Assembly: GCA_964487475.1 (NCBI GenBank)
Contig: CAZAPM010000008.1
Coordinates: 1-57,086, forward strand
Direction: 5' to 3'
DNA: 57,086 nt
Source: an uncultured Planctomycetales bacterium
GTDB lineage: Bacteria > Omnitrophota > Gorgyraeia > Gygaellales > Profunditerraquicolaceae
Shown here in pieces: positions 45,486 to 55,209 of the stretch; within the stretch, counting starts at the first letter, position 1, and every line of letters begins with the position of its first letter. A program made the translations under genes and the position numbers. The notes below the pieces were generated by a model. The model was given only the letters and a program-made list of their open reading frames with translations. It did not search any database and had not been told where the DNA came from.

Positions 45486-46409
45486 ATGCGCTTCGGGCTT
45501 TCCACGTCGTGGAATGCGTACCGCCACGATGCAGGCGCACCCTTGATCCTTGAAATCCAGGAAGCAGGTTTTGACTCGGTCGAGCTCAGTTTCAATCTGA
45601 CCTCCGCCATGGTCCGGCAGGTCCGCGACCTGGTGGTCCAGGGCCGGGTCAAGGTGTTGAGCCTGCACAACTACTGCCCCGTGCCCGAGCTATTCCCCCG
45701 GGAACAGGCGTTGCCGGATTCCGTGTCTTTAGCCTCCTGCAACGAGGAGGAGCGGGCGCTGGCGGTAAAATTCACCGTACGGACCATCGATACGGCCGCG
45801 GAACTCGGCGCAAAGGCGGTCGTGCTGCACTGCGGAAGGGTGGAGATGCCGGATAAGACCCGGGAACTGATCCGGATGCACGAAGCAGGCATGGCCGGCA
45901 GTGAAGCGTTCGTCCGGGTGCGCGAAGAGCACCGGGCGGCGCGAAGCCAGGCGGCAGACGGACACTTTTACGGACTTTTGCGCAGCATGGATACCCTGGT
46001 GGCCCACGCCAGCGTGCGCGGGATCACCTTAGGGGTGGAAAACCGGTTTTATTTCCGCGAAATACCTTCTCCGGACGAGATATCCCGGATCATGGAGCGC
46101 TTCGAAGGCGCTCCCGTAGTGTACTGGCACGATACGGGCCACGCCCGGGTCATGGAACAACTCGGTTTCGCCGGCCAGGCGGAGTATCTCGACCGCCACG
46201 CGAAATATCTCGGGGGGATGCACCTGCATGACGTGGCAGGGTGCCGGGACCATCTGCCATTAGGCAGCGGGGACCTTGATTTCAGCCGTATCCTTTCTTT
46301 TGCCCCGGAAAAGGCGATACTGATCCTGGAAATACACAAGCCGGCTGCCGCGCAGCAGCTGGCAGACAGCAGGCAACGGCTAACCGCTTTGCTCAATGAA
46401 CGGCACTAA
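45486..46409 (+). CDS. Sugar phosphate isomerase/epimerase (xylose isomerase-like TIM barrel)
   Basis: SLHN, VVLHCG, LGVENR, WHDTGHA, MHLHD, DHLPLGSGDLDF, ILEIH. Confidence 0.85.
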   Translation: MRFGLSTSWNAYRHDAGAPLILEIQEAGFDSVELSFNLTSAMVRQVRDLVVQGRVKVLSLHNYCPVPELFPREQALPDSVSLASCNEEERALAVKFTVRTIDTAAELGAKAVVLHCGRVEMPDKTRELIRMHEAGMAGSEAFVRVREEHRAARSQAADGHFYGLLRSMDTLVAHASVRGITLGVENRFYFREIPSPDEISRIMERFEGAPVVYWHDTGHARVMEQLGFAGQAEYLDRHAKYLGGMHLHDVAGCRDHLPLGSGDLDFSRILSFAPEKAILILEIHKPAAAQQLADSRQRLTALLNERH

Positions 46410-47220
46410 GGTCCGTCCCCCCGCAGTCGCGGGACAATTTTATCCCTCAAGCCCGGCAGGGATTCGCTCCCTGATCGCCGGATTCCTTAAAGATACCCCT
46501 GTCACCGCCCGCAACGCCATTGCCTGCATGATGCCGCACGCCGGATATGTATATTCCGGAAAAGTGGCGGCCCTGACCGCCGCCTCGGCGGTGATGAAAG
46601 AGCGGGTCGTGCTCCTGGGCCCGAACCATACCGGTTACGGCCAGCCGTACAGCGTCATGAGCCAGGGGATATGGCAGACCCCGCTGGGAGAGCTGCGTAT
46701 CGACACCCATATGGCGGAATCCCTGATCGCGGCCTGCCCGCTCCTGGAATCCGACGATCTGGCGCACGCCTACGAGCATTCCCTGGAGGTGGAGCTGCCG
46801 ATCCTGCAGTACTTTTTGCGCTCTTTCTCCATAGTACCGATCGCCCTGCTTTCCCGGGACCTTCAGGCGCTGCAAAGCATCGGCGCCTGCATCGCCCTGG
46901 TCATCAAGAAGATGCGGCTGGAATCATCCACCCTGATCGTAGCCAGCACCGACATGTCGCATTACCGGCCGCGCAAGGTCGCGGAAGCGAAGGATAAACT
47001 GGCGCTGGAGGCGATCCTCGCGCTGGACGAAACGAAACTGGCGGCCGTGGTCGCCAAGGAAGATATAAGCATGTGCGGGGTGGCACCGGTGATCGTCATG
47101 ATCGCGGCAGCCAAATCCCTGGGAGCTTCCTCCGCCACCCTGGTCAAGTACCAGACCAGCGCGGAGACCTCGAAGGACAACACCAGCGTAGTCGGATACG
47201 CCGGAGTGCTCATCACGTAA
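46396..47220 (+). CDS. MEMO1 family protein (AmmeMemoRadiSam protein B)
   Basis: RPPAVAGQFYP, PHAGYVYSG, LGPNH, EHSLEVELP, ASTDMSH, SMCG, VVGYAG. Confidence 0.92.
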   Translation: MNGTKVRPPAVAGQFYPSSPAGIRSLIAGFLKDTPVTARNAIACMMPHAGYVYSGKVAALTAASAVMKERVVLLGPNHTGYGQPYSVMSQGIWQTPLGELRIDTHMAESLIAACPLLESDDLAHAYEHSLEVELPILQYFLRSFSIVPIALLSRDLQALQSIGACIALVIKKMRLESSTLIVASTDMSHYRPRKVAEAKDKLALEAILALDETKLAAVVAKEDISMCGVAPVIVMIAAAKSLGASSATLVKYQTSAETSKDNTSVVGYAGVLIT

Positions 47221-47242
47221 ACACCTACAACCGGAGCGGAAA

Positions 47243-47590
47243 ATGGAAGAGAAGCATATAGACGAAAGCTGGAAAGACGCCGCAGCGAAGGAAAAAGACA
47301 CCCTCAAACAACAGCCGCAGGAAGAAATGGTAGCTCCGGAAGCGACTTTCAGCTTCTTTATCACTACCCTGGCACTGCAGGCCTCCATCGCCCTGGGAGT
47401 GATCCCCGATCCGGCGGATAACAAGAAGGTGCAGAATTTCCCGCAGGCAAAATTCCTGATCGATACCCTGGAGATGGTCCAGCAGAAGACCAAGAACAAC
47501 CTGACCGAAGAGGAAGCCGGACTCCTGGAAAACATCCTTTATGAACTGCGCATGCAGTTCGTCGCCGTACAAAAAAACCACCCGGCATAA
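47243..47590 (+). CDS. DUF1844-like protein
   Basis: FSFFITTLALQASIALG...AKFLIDTLEMVQQKTKNNLTEEE...LYELRMQFV. Confidence 0.8.
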   Translation: MEEKHIDESWKDAAAKEKDTLKQQPQEEMVAPEATFSFFITTLALQASIALGVIPDPADNKKVQNFPQAKFLIDTLEMVQQKTKNNLTEEEAGLLENILYELRMQFVAVQKNHPA

Positions 47591-47603
47591 CAGGAGGTTC
47601 ATA

Positions 47604-47774
47604 ATGATCGACAAAGAGCTACTCGCCATCCTGGCCTGCCCCGCGTGCAAAGGGGACGTCAAAATGGAAGGGGAACGGATCGCCTGCACCAAATGCGGCA
47701 ACCGGTATCCGGTAAAGGACGGGATCCCGGTCATGCTGATCGAAGAAGCGGAAAAGGGCGCTCCGGCTAAATGA
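47604..47774 (+). CDS. Trm112/YcaR-like zinc-ribbon protein
   Basis: [12 protein letters not shown]...[26 protein letters not shown]. Confidence 0.88.
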   Translation: MIDKELLAILACPACKGDVKMEGERIACTKCGNRYPVKDGIPVMLIEEAEKGAPAK

Positions 47775-48220
47775 GCACTCCCAGGCTGCGCATCCTGGTC
47801 CTGCACGGCCCGAACCTGCAGCTGCTGGGCACGAGGGAGCCCCAGGTGTACGGGACCACCACCCTGGCCCAGATCAACCGCATGCTGCGGGCAGAGGCGG
47901 CACGCCGCCGCGTCACCTTGAAGATCCTCCAGTCCAACGTGGAAGGGGAGCTGGTGGACGCCGTAGGCAACGCCAATAAGCAGAAGTATCAGGGCATATT
48001 GATCAACCCGGCCGCCTATACCCACACCAGCGTGGCGCTGCGGGATGCCATCTCCGCCTGCGGGATACCCGCGGTCGAAGTGCACCTTTCCAACATCCAC
48101 ACCCGCGAAGAATTCCGGCACCGCTCCCTGATCAGCCCCGTAGCCAAAGGCACGATCATGGGATTCGGGCCAAAAAGTTACTCCCTGGGACTGGCTGCGC
48201 TATGCGATCTGCTCACGTGA
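47771..48220 (+). CDS. aroQ: Type II 3-dehydroquinate dehydratase
   Basis: [53 protein letters not shown]. Confidence 0.96.
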   Translation: MSTPRLRILVLHGPNLQLLGTREPQVYGTTTLAQINRMLRAEAARRRVTLKILQSNVEGELVDAVGNANKQKYQGILINPAAYTHTSVALRDAISACGIPAVEVHLSNIHTREEFRHRSLISPVAKGTIMGFGPKSYSLGLAALCDLLT

Positions 48221-49290
48221 CCCCGTCACCCCTCAGCCGGCTGCGCCGGGAACTCGCCCGCCTTGCCCTGGACGGGGTGCTGATATCATCCGGCGCCAAC
48301 GTTTCGTACCTTACCGGCATCATCAGCCGGGATTCCTATCTGCTGGTCACCGCGCACAAGACCTTTTACCTCACCGATTCGCGTTACCTCGCTGAAGCGC
48401 AACTTTCTCTGCCCAAAGGAGTATTTACCATCGTTCCCCTGAACGGGCCGGTTTCCCTGCTGATCGCAGATATGGCCCGCACCCACCGGCTCTCCCGGCT
48501 GGGAGCGGAGGAGAAACACCTCTCCTACTGGAGCTTTTCCCGGATCAAGGAGGTCCTGGAGAAGGGGGGAACGTGCCGGCTTGCCCCTTTCGGCGATTTC
48601 GTGGACACCTTACGGCAGGTAAAGACCCCCGCTGAGATCGCGACCCTCTCACAGGGACTGGCCGTCACCATGGCCGCATATACCCATATCGCGCGCTTCC
48701 TGGAGCCCGGGTTGACCGAACTCGAGGTCTCGGCCGAGATCGAACGGTTCATCCGCACGCAGGGGGCCAGCGGCGCCTCCTTCGACATCATCGTCGCTGC
48801 CGGAAAGAACGGCAGCTATCCCCACTACCTCACCGGCACCCGGAAGATCGCGGAAAACGACTCCGTGCTGGTGGACATGGGGGTATCCTATCTGGGGTAT
48901 AAAACCGACTTGACAAGAGTTTTTTTCTTGGGTAAAATTAATGTTCTTACCCGGCGCATCTATACCATCGTGCGCCAGGCGCAGGAGAAAGCTTTCAAAG
49001 CCATCCGGCCCGGGGTCAAGGCCAGCGCAGTGGATGCCGCGGCACGCAGGCATATCGCTGACAAAGGGTTCGGCCGCTACTTCGAGCACAGCACCGGACA
49101 CGGGGTAGGGCTGGAAGTTCATGAAGGGCCTTCCATTTCCGGAAAAAGCCCCCAGATTCTGCAAAAAGGTATGGTATTCACCGTTGAACCAGGGATCTAT
49201 CTGCCTGGGAGAACAGGGGTCAGGATCGAAGATATGGTCCTGGTCACCGGCAAAGGAGTGGAGGTATTAAGTGGCGCTCTCGATAAATGA
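48217..49290 (+). CDS. Xaa-Pro aminopeptidase (M24 family)
   Basis: [53 protein letters not shown] overlap. Confidence 0.92.
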   Translation: MTPSPLSRLRRELARLALDGVLISSGANVSYLTGIISRDSYLLVTAHKTFYLTDSRYLAEAQLSLPKGVFTIVPLNGPVSLLIADMARTHRLSRLGAEEKHLSYWSFSRIKEVLEKGGTCRLAPFGDFVDTLRQVKTPAEIATLSQGLAVTMAAYTHIARFLEPGLTELEVSAEIERFIRTQGASGASFDIIVAAGKNGSYPHYLTGTRKIAENDSVLVDMGVSYLGYKTDLTRVFFLGKINVLTRRIYTIVRQAQEKAFKAIRPGVKASAVDAAARRHIADKGFGRYFEHSTGHGVGLEVHEGPSISGKSPQILQKGMVFTVEPGIYLPGRTGVRIEDMVLVTGKGVEVLSGALDK

Positions 49291-49834
49291 GGTAAAAATG
49301 GGTGTTACGGTACTGGTCGATGACCAGTGCTGGGTGGTCATAGACGCGCAGCACGTCAAGCCCGGCAAGGGGTCGGCGTTCGTGCGGGCCAAACTGCGCA
49401 ACCTGCGCAACGACAGCGTTCAGGAAAAGACCTTCCGCGGGGATGAGAAGGTCGACGAAGCGTATATCGAAGAACGCAAGATCCAGTACCAGTATAACAG
49501 CGGGGATATGTACCATTTCATGGACCTGGAGAACTACGAGGACCTGGCCATCTCCAAGGACACCTGCGGGGACAAGATCAAGTTCATGAAAGACAACCTG
49601 GAAATGGTCGCCCTCTACTACAACGATTCCTGCCTGAACGTCAGCCTGCCTTTTTTCATCGAATTCAAGATCATCGAAACCGAACCCGGGATCAAGGGCG
49701 ACACCGCCAAAAGCGGCACCAAGCCCGCCAAGATCGAGACCGGAGCGACCGTACAGGTACCTCTGTTCGTCGATTCCGGGGACCGGATCAAGATCGACAC
49801 CCGTACCGGCCAGTACGTCGAGCGCGTCAACTAA
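49271..49834 (+). CDS. efp: Elongation factor P
   Basis: HVKPGKGSAFVRAKL, TEPGIKGDTA, KPAKIETG, VQVPLFV, IKIDTRTGQYVER. GTG start with GGAGG RBS. Confidence 0.97.
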   Translation: MALSINEVKMGVTVLVDDQCWVVIDAQHVKPGKGSAFVRAKLRNLRNDSVQEKTFRGDEKVDEAYIEERKIQYQYNSGDMYHFMDLENYEDLAISKDTCGDKIKFMKDNLEMVALYYNDSCLNVSLPFFIEFKIIETEPGIKGDTAKSGTKPAKIETGATVQVPLFVDSGDRIKIDTRTGQYVERVN

Positions 49835-49845
49835 TACGAGGTAAT

Positions 49846-50310
49846 ATGATGAACCTGAAAGAGATCAAGGAAATGGTCACCCTGATGAACGAGAACGGCC
49901 TGATGGAGCTGGAGGTCGAAAAAGAAGGGATGCGCATCAGGCTGAAGAAGACACAGGGTGAACCGCAGGGATACTCCGGTCCGGTGATGATCGAGAAGAC
50001 CGCCGTGCCCATGCCCGCGGCAGCGGCCCAGGCCGCGGCGCCCGCGGCAGCGGCAGCTCCTTCCAAGAACACGGTCGAGATCAAAGCGCCCATGGTAGGG
50101 ACCTTTTACCGCGCGCCTTCTCCCGAAGCCCCCCCGTACGTGGAAGTCGGACAGGTCATCGAGCCGGGGCAGGTCATCTGCATCCTGGAAGCGATGAAAC
50201 TGATGAACGAGATCAAAGCTGAGATCAAGGGCAAGATCCTTGACGTCCTGGTGGACAATGCCGAACCGGTGGAGTTCGGCCAGCCGATGTTCCTTATCGA
50301 ACCGTTATAG
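49846..50310 (+). CDS. accB: Acetyl-CoA carboxylase biotin carboxyl carrier protein
   Basis: Ala/Pro linker, APMVGTFYRAPSP, EAMKLMNEI. Confidence 0.97.
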   Translation: MMNLKEIKEMVTLMNENGLMELEVEKEGMRIRLKKTQGEPQGYSGPVMIEKTAVPMPAAAAQAAAPAAAAAPSKNTVEIKAPMVGTFYRAPSPEAPPYVEVGQVIEPGQVICILEAMKLMNEIKAEIKGKILDVLVDNAEPVEFGQPMFLIEPL

Positions 50311-50323
50311 GCCTTAACCATAT

Positions 50324-51682
50324 ATGTTCTCCAAAATCCTGATCGCCAACCGGGGCGAGATAGCCCTGCGTATCATCCGCGCCTGCCGGGAAATGGGTAT
50401 CCGTACCGTCGCGGTCTACTCCGAAGCCGACCGTTCATCCCTGCACGTGCGCATGGCGGACGAGGCCATCTGCATCGGCAAGGCCAAGAGCGCCCAGAGC
50501 TACCTCAATATCCCCTCCATCATCAGCGCCGCAGAGATCACGGACGTGGAAGCCATCCATCCGGGATACGGATTTCTTGCGGAAAACGCGCATTTCGCGG
50601 AGATCTGCGAATCCTGCCAGATCACCTTCATCGGCCCGACCTCCCAGAACATCAAGCTCATGGGGGATAAGATGGCCGCCCGGGAATCCATGCACAAGGC
50701 GGGATTGCCCATGCTTCCGGGAAGCGAAGGCACCATCAAGACCAAGGAAGAAGCGTTGAAGACCGCCAAGAAGATCGGGTATCCGGTCATCATCAAAGCG
50801 GCGGCGGGAGGCGGGGGGAAAGGCATGCGCATCTGCCACAATGACATCTCCCTGGTCTCGAGCCTCATGATCGCGCAGCAGGAAGCGGAAGCCAATTTCG
50901 GCAACCCGGCCGTCTATATGGAGAAATACCTGGAAAGCCCCCGTCACGTGGAGATCCAGCTGCTGGGGGATAAGCACGGCCACCTGATCCATCTGGGGGA
51001 GCGCGACTGCAGCATCCAGCGCCGCCACCAGAAGCTGGTCGAGGAATCCCCCTCGCCTGCGGTCGATTCTAAACTGCGCAAGAAAATAGGGGAGCTGGCG
51101 GTCAAAGGGGCCAAATCCGTCAATTACATCAACGCCGGCACCATGGAATTCCTGCTGGACAAGAACCTCAATTTCTATTTCATGGAGATGAACACCCGCA
51201 TCCAGGTGGAGCATCCGGTCACGGAGCTTACCTCGGGGATCGACCTGATCAAGGAGCAGATCCGCATCGCCGCGGGGAATAAGCTCGCCCTGCGCCAGGA
51301 GGACGTGCACCTTAAGGGCCACGCCCTGGAGTGCCGCATCAACGCCGAGGACCCGGACAACAATTTCATGCCTTCACCGGGCAGGATCGAATCGCTCATA
51401 CTTCCCGGGGGACCGGGGATCCGGGTGGACACCCACGTCTATCAGGGCTACGAGATCCCGCCCTTCTACGATTCCATGATCGCCAAGGTGATCGCCTTCG
51501 GGGCCACCCGTAACGACGCGATCAGGACCATGCAGCGGGCGCTGCACGAGTTCACCATCGCGCCCATCAAGACCACGGTGCCTTTCCATCTGAAGCTGAT
51601 GGCGCACCCGCAGTTCCTCAAAGGCGAAGTTTCCACCCATTTCCTGCAGGATATGGTGCAGGAGAAGAAAAGCGGAGAATAA
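50324..51682 (+). CDS. accC: Biotin carboxylase
   Basis: [62 protein letters not shown]. Confidence 0.98.
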   Translation: MFSKILIANRGEIALRIIRACREMGIRTVAVYSEADRSSLHVRMADEAICIGKAKSAQSYLNIPSIISAAEITDVEAIHPGYGFLAENAHFAEICESCQITFIGPTSQNIKLMGDKMAARESMHKAGLPMLPGSEGTIKTKEEALKTAKKIGYPVIIKAAAGGGGKGMRICHNDISLVSSLMIAQQEAEANFGNPAVYMEKYLESPRHVEIQLLGDKHGHLIHLGERDCSIQRRHQKLVEESPSPAVDSKLRKKIGELAVKGAKSVNYINAGTMEFLLDKNLNFYFMEMNTRIQVEHPVTELTSGIDLIKEQIRIAAGNKLALRQEDVHLKGHALECRINAEDPDNNFMPSPGRIESLILPGGPGIRVDTHVYQGYEIPPFYDSMIAKVIAFGATRNDAIRTMQRALHEFTIAPIKTTVPFHLKLMAHPQFLKGEVSTHFLQDMVQEKKSGE

Positions 51683-51688
51683 TCCCTT

Positions 51689-52051
51689 ATGCACCGCCAC
51701 GATTCCCGCACCGACCTGGGCGTGATCAAGATACATGCCAACGTGATCTCCTCGATCGCCTCCATCGCGGCCTCGGAAATAGAAGGGGTCAAGAAGGTCG
51801 GGGGCACCTCCAAAGGCATCGTGGAGCTCCTGCGCTGCAAAGCCGGCCAATGCGGCATCCGGGTCGGCATCGACAAGCATGACGAAGTGCACATCGCCAT
51901 TCCCCTGGTGATCAAGTTCGGGTTCAACATCCCCGAAGTGGCCAACCGGGTGCAGGAGAACGTGCGGCAGGCGCTGGAAAAGATGACCAGCGTTCCCATC
52001 AAGGACATCGATATCAACGTACAGGGGATCGAAAAGGAGGGAGCAGCATGA
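51689..52051 (+). CDS. Asp23/Gls24 family envelope stress response protein
   Basis: LGVIKIHANVISSIA, IVIKFGFNIPEVANRVQENV-like segment, IDINVQGI. Located after accC as in Firmicutes. Confidence 0.88.
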   Translation: MHRHDSRTDLGVIKIHANVISSIASIAASEIEGVKKVGGTSKGIVELLRCKAGQCGIRVGIDKHDEVHIAIPLVIKFGFNIPEVANRVQENVRQALEKMTSVPIKDIDINVQGIEKEGAA

Positions 52052-52677
52052 GGATATTCACGGTGCTCGGGATCATCTTCTATGCCACGATTCTCATCCT
52101 CATCGGCGCGGGGCTCATCCTGGCGGCGGTGCTTTCCTCGGTCGAGCAGTCGCTCGTGACCGCCAACGACCTGGTCAGCCTCCTGGCGTACTTCCAGGAC
52201 ACCTTTTCCGCCCGCCTGATACTGGGACTTTCCGGGATCCTCCTGATCCTGATCAGCTTCTCCTTCGCCCAACTGATACTCGGCCGTTTCCAGAGCGAGA
52301 AGACCATCGCCTTCACCACCGCGTCCGGGGAAGTGACGGTGACCCTGACCGCGATCGAGGACCTGATCAAGAAACTGGCCGGCCTGCTTCCGGAGATCAA
52401 GGAGCTCCGCCCGGACGTGATCGCCAGCAAGAAGGGCATCATCGTCGACCTGCGGGTGGTGCTGCGCACGGAAGCGAGCATCCCGGAACTCTCCGCCCGG
52501 CTCCAGGATATCGTGCGGGGCAAGATCCAGGAAGTGCTCGGACTGGAAGAGCAGATCATCATCAAGATCCATTTCGTCAAGATCATCACTTCGGAAGACA
52601 AGGATAAAAAACATCATTACAAGGAGCCGCCCAAGGACGATCCGATCGTCCCGTACAGCGGCTACCGCAGAGTCTAA
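52048..52677 (+). CDS. AmaP-like alkaline shock response membrane anchor protein
   Basis: Two N-terminal TM segments followed by an Asp23-like domain (GEVTVTLTAIEDL...LQDIVRGKIQEVLGL). Confidence 0.72.
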   Translation: MRIFTVLGIIFYATILILIGAGLILAAVLSSVEQSLVTANDLVSLLAYFQDTFSARLILGLSGILLILISFSFAQLILGRFQSEKTIAFTTASGEVTVTLTAIEDLIKKLAGLLPEIKELRPDVIASKKGIIVDLRVVLRTEASIPELSARLQDIVRGKIQEVLGLEEQIIIKIHFVKIITSEDKDKKHHYKEPPKDDPIVPYSGYRRV

Positions 52678-52692
52678 AAGGAGGAAACACCC

Positions 52693-53724
52693 ATGGCAGC
52701 ACGCATCGGCATCTTGACCGGCGGGGGCGATTGCCCCGGCCTCAACCCCGTGATCAGAGCAGTGGTCCGCAAGGGCATCCTGGAGGGATTCGATATCCTC
52801 GGGATCAAGAACGGTTGGAAGGGGATGATCGAGAACGACACTACCTCTCTGGACTTAAGCTCCATTTCCGGGATCCTGCCCAAAGGCGGCACGATCCTCG
52901 GCACCAGCCGCACCAACCCCTTCAAGAAAGAAGGGGACCTGATGAAGTGCAAGGAGAATTTCAAGAAGATGGGCCTCGACGCCCTGATCGCGGTAGGCGG
53001 AGAGGACACGTTAGGCGCCGCCTCCAAGCTCTGCAAGGAAGGCCTGCAGGTGGTGGGCGTGCCTAAGACCATCGATAACGACCTTTCCTGCACCGACTAT
53101 ACCTTCGGGTTCGATACCGCCATCAACATCGCGATGGAGTGCATCGACCGTCTCCACACCACGGCGGAGAGCCATCACCGCATCATCGTGGCGGAGCTCA
53201 TGGGACGGCATGCCGGATGGATCGCCCTGGAAGCGGGGATCGCGGGAGGGGCGGACGTCATCCTCATCCCCGAGATACCCATCGACATGGACGAGGTCGT
53301 GGCCAGCCTCAAGAAACGTCATTCCCGCGGCAAGACCTTCAGCATCGTGGTGGTAGCCGAAGGCGCGGAGTTCAAGGATAAAGGCATGATCACCCAGGAG
53401 AAGACCCTGGATTCCTTCGGCCATGTGCGGTTAGGAGGGATCGGGGAGATCCTGGCCCAGGAGATCGAGAAACGCACCGGTTTCGAGACCCGCGTCAGCG
53501 TCTTAGGGCACATCCAGCGCGGCGGTTCTCCCACCGCATTCGACCGGGTGCTCGGCACCCGTTTCGGCGTGGGCGCGGTGGAACTGGTCAAGCAGAAGAG
53601 GTTCGGCCGGATGGTCGCCTTATCCGGCAACAAGATCATCGACGTTCCCCTGGACCAGGCGGTAGGAACGCTGAAAACCGTGGATAAGGAACTCTACGAA
53701 ATCGCCAAGGTGTTCTTCGGCTAA
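52693..53724 (+). CDS. pfkA: 6-phosphofructokinase, mixed-substrate group III
   Basis: ILTGGGDCPGLN, GGTILGTSR, GGEDT, PKTIDND, MGRHAGW, VVAEG, LGHIQRGG. Confidence 0.95.
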   Translation: MAARIGILTGGGDCPGLNPVIRAVVRKGILEGFDILGIKNGWKGMIENDTTSLDLSSISGILPKGGTILGTSRTNPFKKEGDLMKCKENFKKMGLDALIAVGGEDTLGAASKLCKEGLQVVGVPKTIDNDLSCTDYTFGFDTAINIAMECIDRLHTTAESHHRIIVAELMGRHAGWIALEAGIAGGADVILIPEIPIDMDEVVASLKKRHSRGKTFSIVVVAEGAEFKDKGMITQEKTLDSFGHVRLGGIGEILAQEIEKRTGFETRVSVLGHIQRGGSPTAFDRVLGTRFGVGAVELVKQKRFGRMVALSGNKIIDVPLDQAVGTLKTVDKELYEIAKVFFG

Positions 53725-53739
53725 ACTCGAGGTGCAAGG

Positions 53740-54318
53740 ATGCGTGAAAGAATCGCGGATATCCTCCTGGAGAGCATCCAGGTAAAGGAAGAGCTGTTGC
53801 GCAACTACGTCGGACAGATCAAAGACATCGCCGATCTGCTCATCGAATGCCTGAAGAAGAACGGCAAAGTGATACTTTTCGGCAACGGCGGATCGGCCAG
53901 CGACGCGCAGCACATCGCCGCGGAACTGATCGGCCGCTTCAAGAAGGACCGCACCGCGTTGGCCGCGATCGCGCTGACCGTCAACACCTCGGTCCTGACC
54001 TCCCTGGCCAACGATTACGGTTTCGAGATCGTCTTCTCCCGCCAGATCGAGGCCCTGGGGCAGAAGAACGATATCGCCATCGGCATCTCGACCAGCGGCA
54101 AAGCCAAGAACGTCGCCAACGGCATCAAGCAGGCGAAGAAAATGGGCTTGAAGACCATCGCCCTGACCGGAGGCGACGGCGGGGATATCGCCAAACTGGC
54201 GGATGTTTCCCTGGTCATCCCTTCGCCGGTCACGGCCAGGGTGCAGGAAGCGCATATCACCATCGGCCATATCATCTGCGAACTGGTGGAGCAGACACTG
54301 TGTCAGGATCAAAAATAA
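53740..54318 (+). CDS. gmhA: Phosphoheptose isomerase
   Basis: FGNGGSASDAQHIAAELIGRF, ANDYGF, STSGKA, VQEAHI. Confidence 0.95.
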   Translation: MRERIADILLESIQVKEELLRNYVGQIKDIADLLIECLKKNGKVILFGNGGSASDAQHIAAELIGRFKKDRTALAAIALTVNTSVLTSLANDYGFEIVFSRQIEALGQKNDIAIGISTSGKAKNVANGIKQAKKMGLKTIALTGGDGGDIAKLADVSLVIPSPVTARVQEAHITIGHIICELVEQTLCQDQK

Positions 54319-54791
54319 AGACTAGCCAGCGGCTTGCGGGCATCCTCCGGAAACGGCAAAAACAAGGCGATAAAGTCGTCTTTACCAACGGCTGTTTCGA
54401 CCTGCTGCACCGGGGCCATGTGCAGTACCTGGAAGCCGCCCGGAACAAGGGGAACTGTCTGGTGGTGGGAATGAACACCGACGCCTCGATCCGCAGGCTC
54501 AAAGGCCCGCAGCGCCCCCTGGTGCCCCTTGCGGACAGGGCCAGGGTGATCGCGGCCCTGGAAAGCGTGGATTTCGTGGTGCCCTTTTCCGAGGATACGC
54601 CGGAGAAGCTGATCCGGCTGCTTAAGCCCGACCTGCTGGTCAAAGGCGCCGATTGGAAGCATAAGGGGATCGTGGGAGCGGATTTCGTCGTTTCATACGG
54701 AGGGAAGGTGTGCACCATCCCTCTGGCCAAAGGCCGCTCGACCACCAACCTCATTGAGAAAATTGTCAAAACCTACGCCCGGAATAGATAG
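54300..54791 (+). CDS. rfaE2: D-glycero-beta-D-manno-heptose 1-phosphate adenylyltransferase (stand-alone)
   Basis: VVFTNGCFDLLHRGH, NTDASIRRLKGPQRP, EDTP, KGADW, GRSTT. GTG start at 54300. Confidence 0.9.
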   Translation: MSGSKIKTSQRLAGILRKRQKQGDKVVFTNGCFDLLHRGHVQYLEAARNKGNCLVVGMNTDASIRRLKGPQRPLVPLADRARVIAALESVDFVVPFSEDTPEKLIRLLKPDLLVKGADWKHKGIVGADFVVSYGGKVCTIPLAKGRSTTNLIEKIVKTYARNR

Positions 54792-55209
54792 GATCATCGA
54801 CGCCAACGCCAACCGGCTGAAGGAAGGCCTGCGCGTCTGCGAAGAGATACTGCGCTTCATCATTGAGGATGCGGCGCTCACCGGAAGGTTCAAAACACTG
54901 CGGCACCGCGTGGACGGACTGATCGGGAAACTCGCCCCCGCCGCGGACAGATTGAGGGAACGCGCCAGCGACCGGGATGTGGGGGAGAAGATCCTGGGGA
55001 AAGAGTTGACGCGCGCCTCGTTGAAGGATGTGTTCTTTGCCAACTCCCAGCGCGCCAAAGAATCATGCCGCGTGCTGGAGGAGATCGCCAAGCTTAAAAG
55101 TGCCCGGCTGGCGGTCGGCTTCAAGGATATCCGTTACCGGTTGTATGATGCCGAAAAAAAAGCTGCTCCTGCGCTCGAACGTATACGCCATCGCTCAAGA
55201 CGCGGCTGA
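54754..55209 (+). CDS. ThiD2-like protein (N-terminal domain of fused thiamine-phosphate synthases)
   Basis: RIIDANANRLKEGLRVCEE, RERASDRDVG, ANSQRAKESCRVLEE, FKDIRYRLY. Exact start uncertain. Confidence 0.8.
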   Translation: MRKLSKPTPGIDRIIDANANRLKEGLRVCEEILRFIIEDAALTGRFKTLRHRVDGLIGKLAPAADRLRERASDRDVGEKILGKELTRASLKDVFFANSQRAKESCRVLEEIAKLKSARLAVGFKDIRYRLYDAEKKAAPALERIRHRSRRG

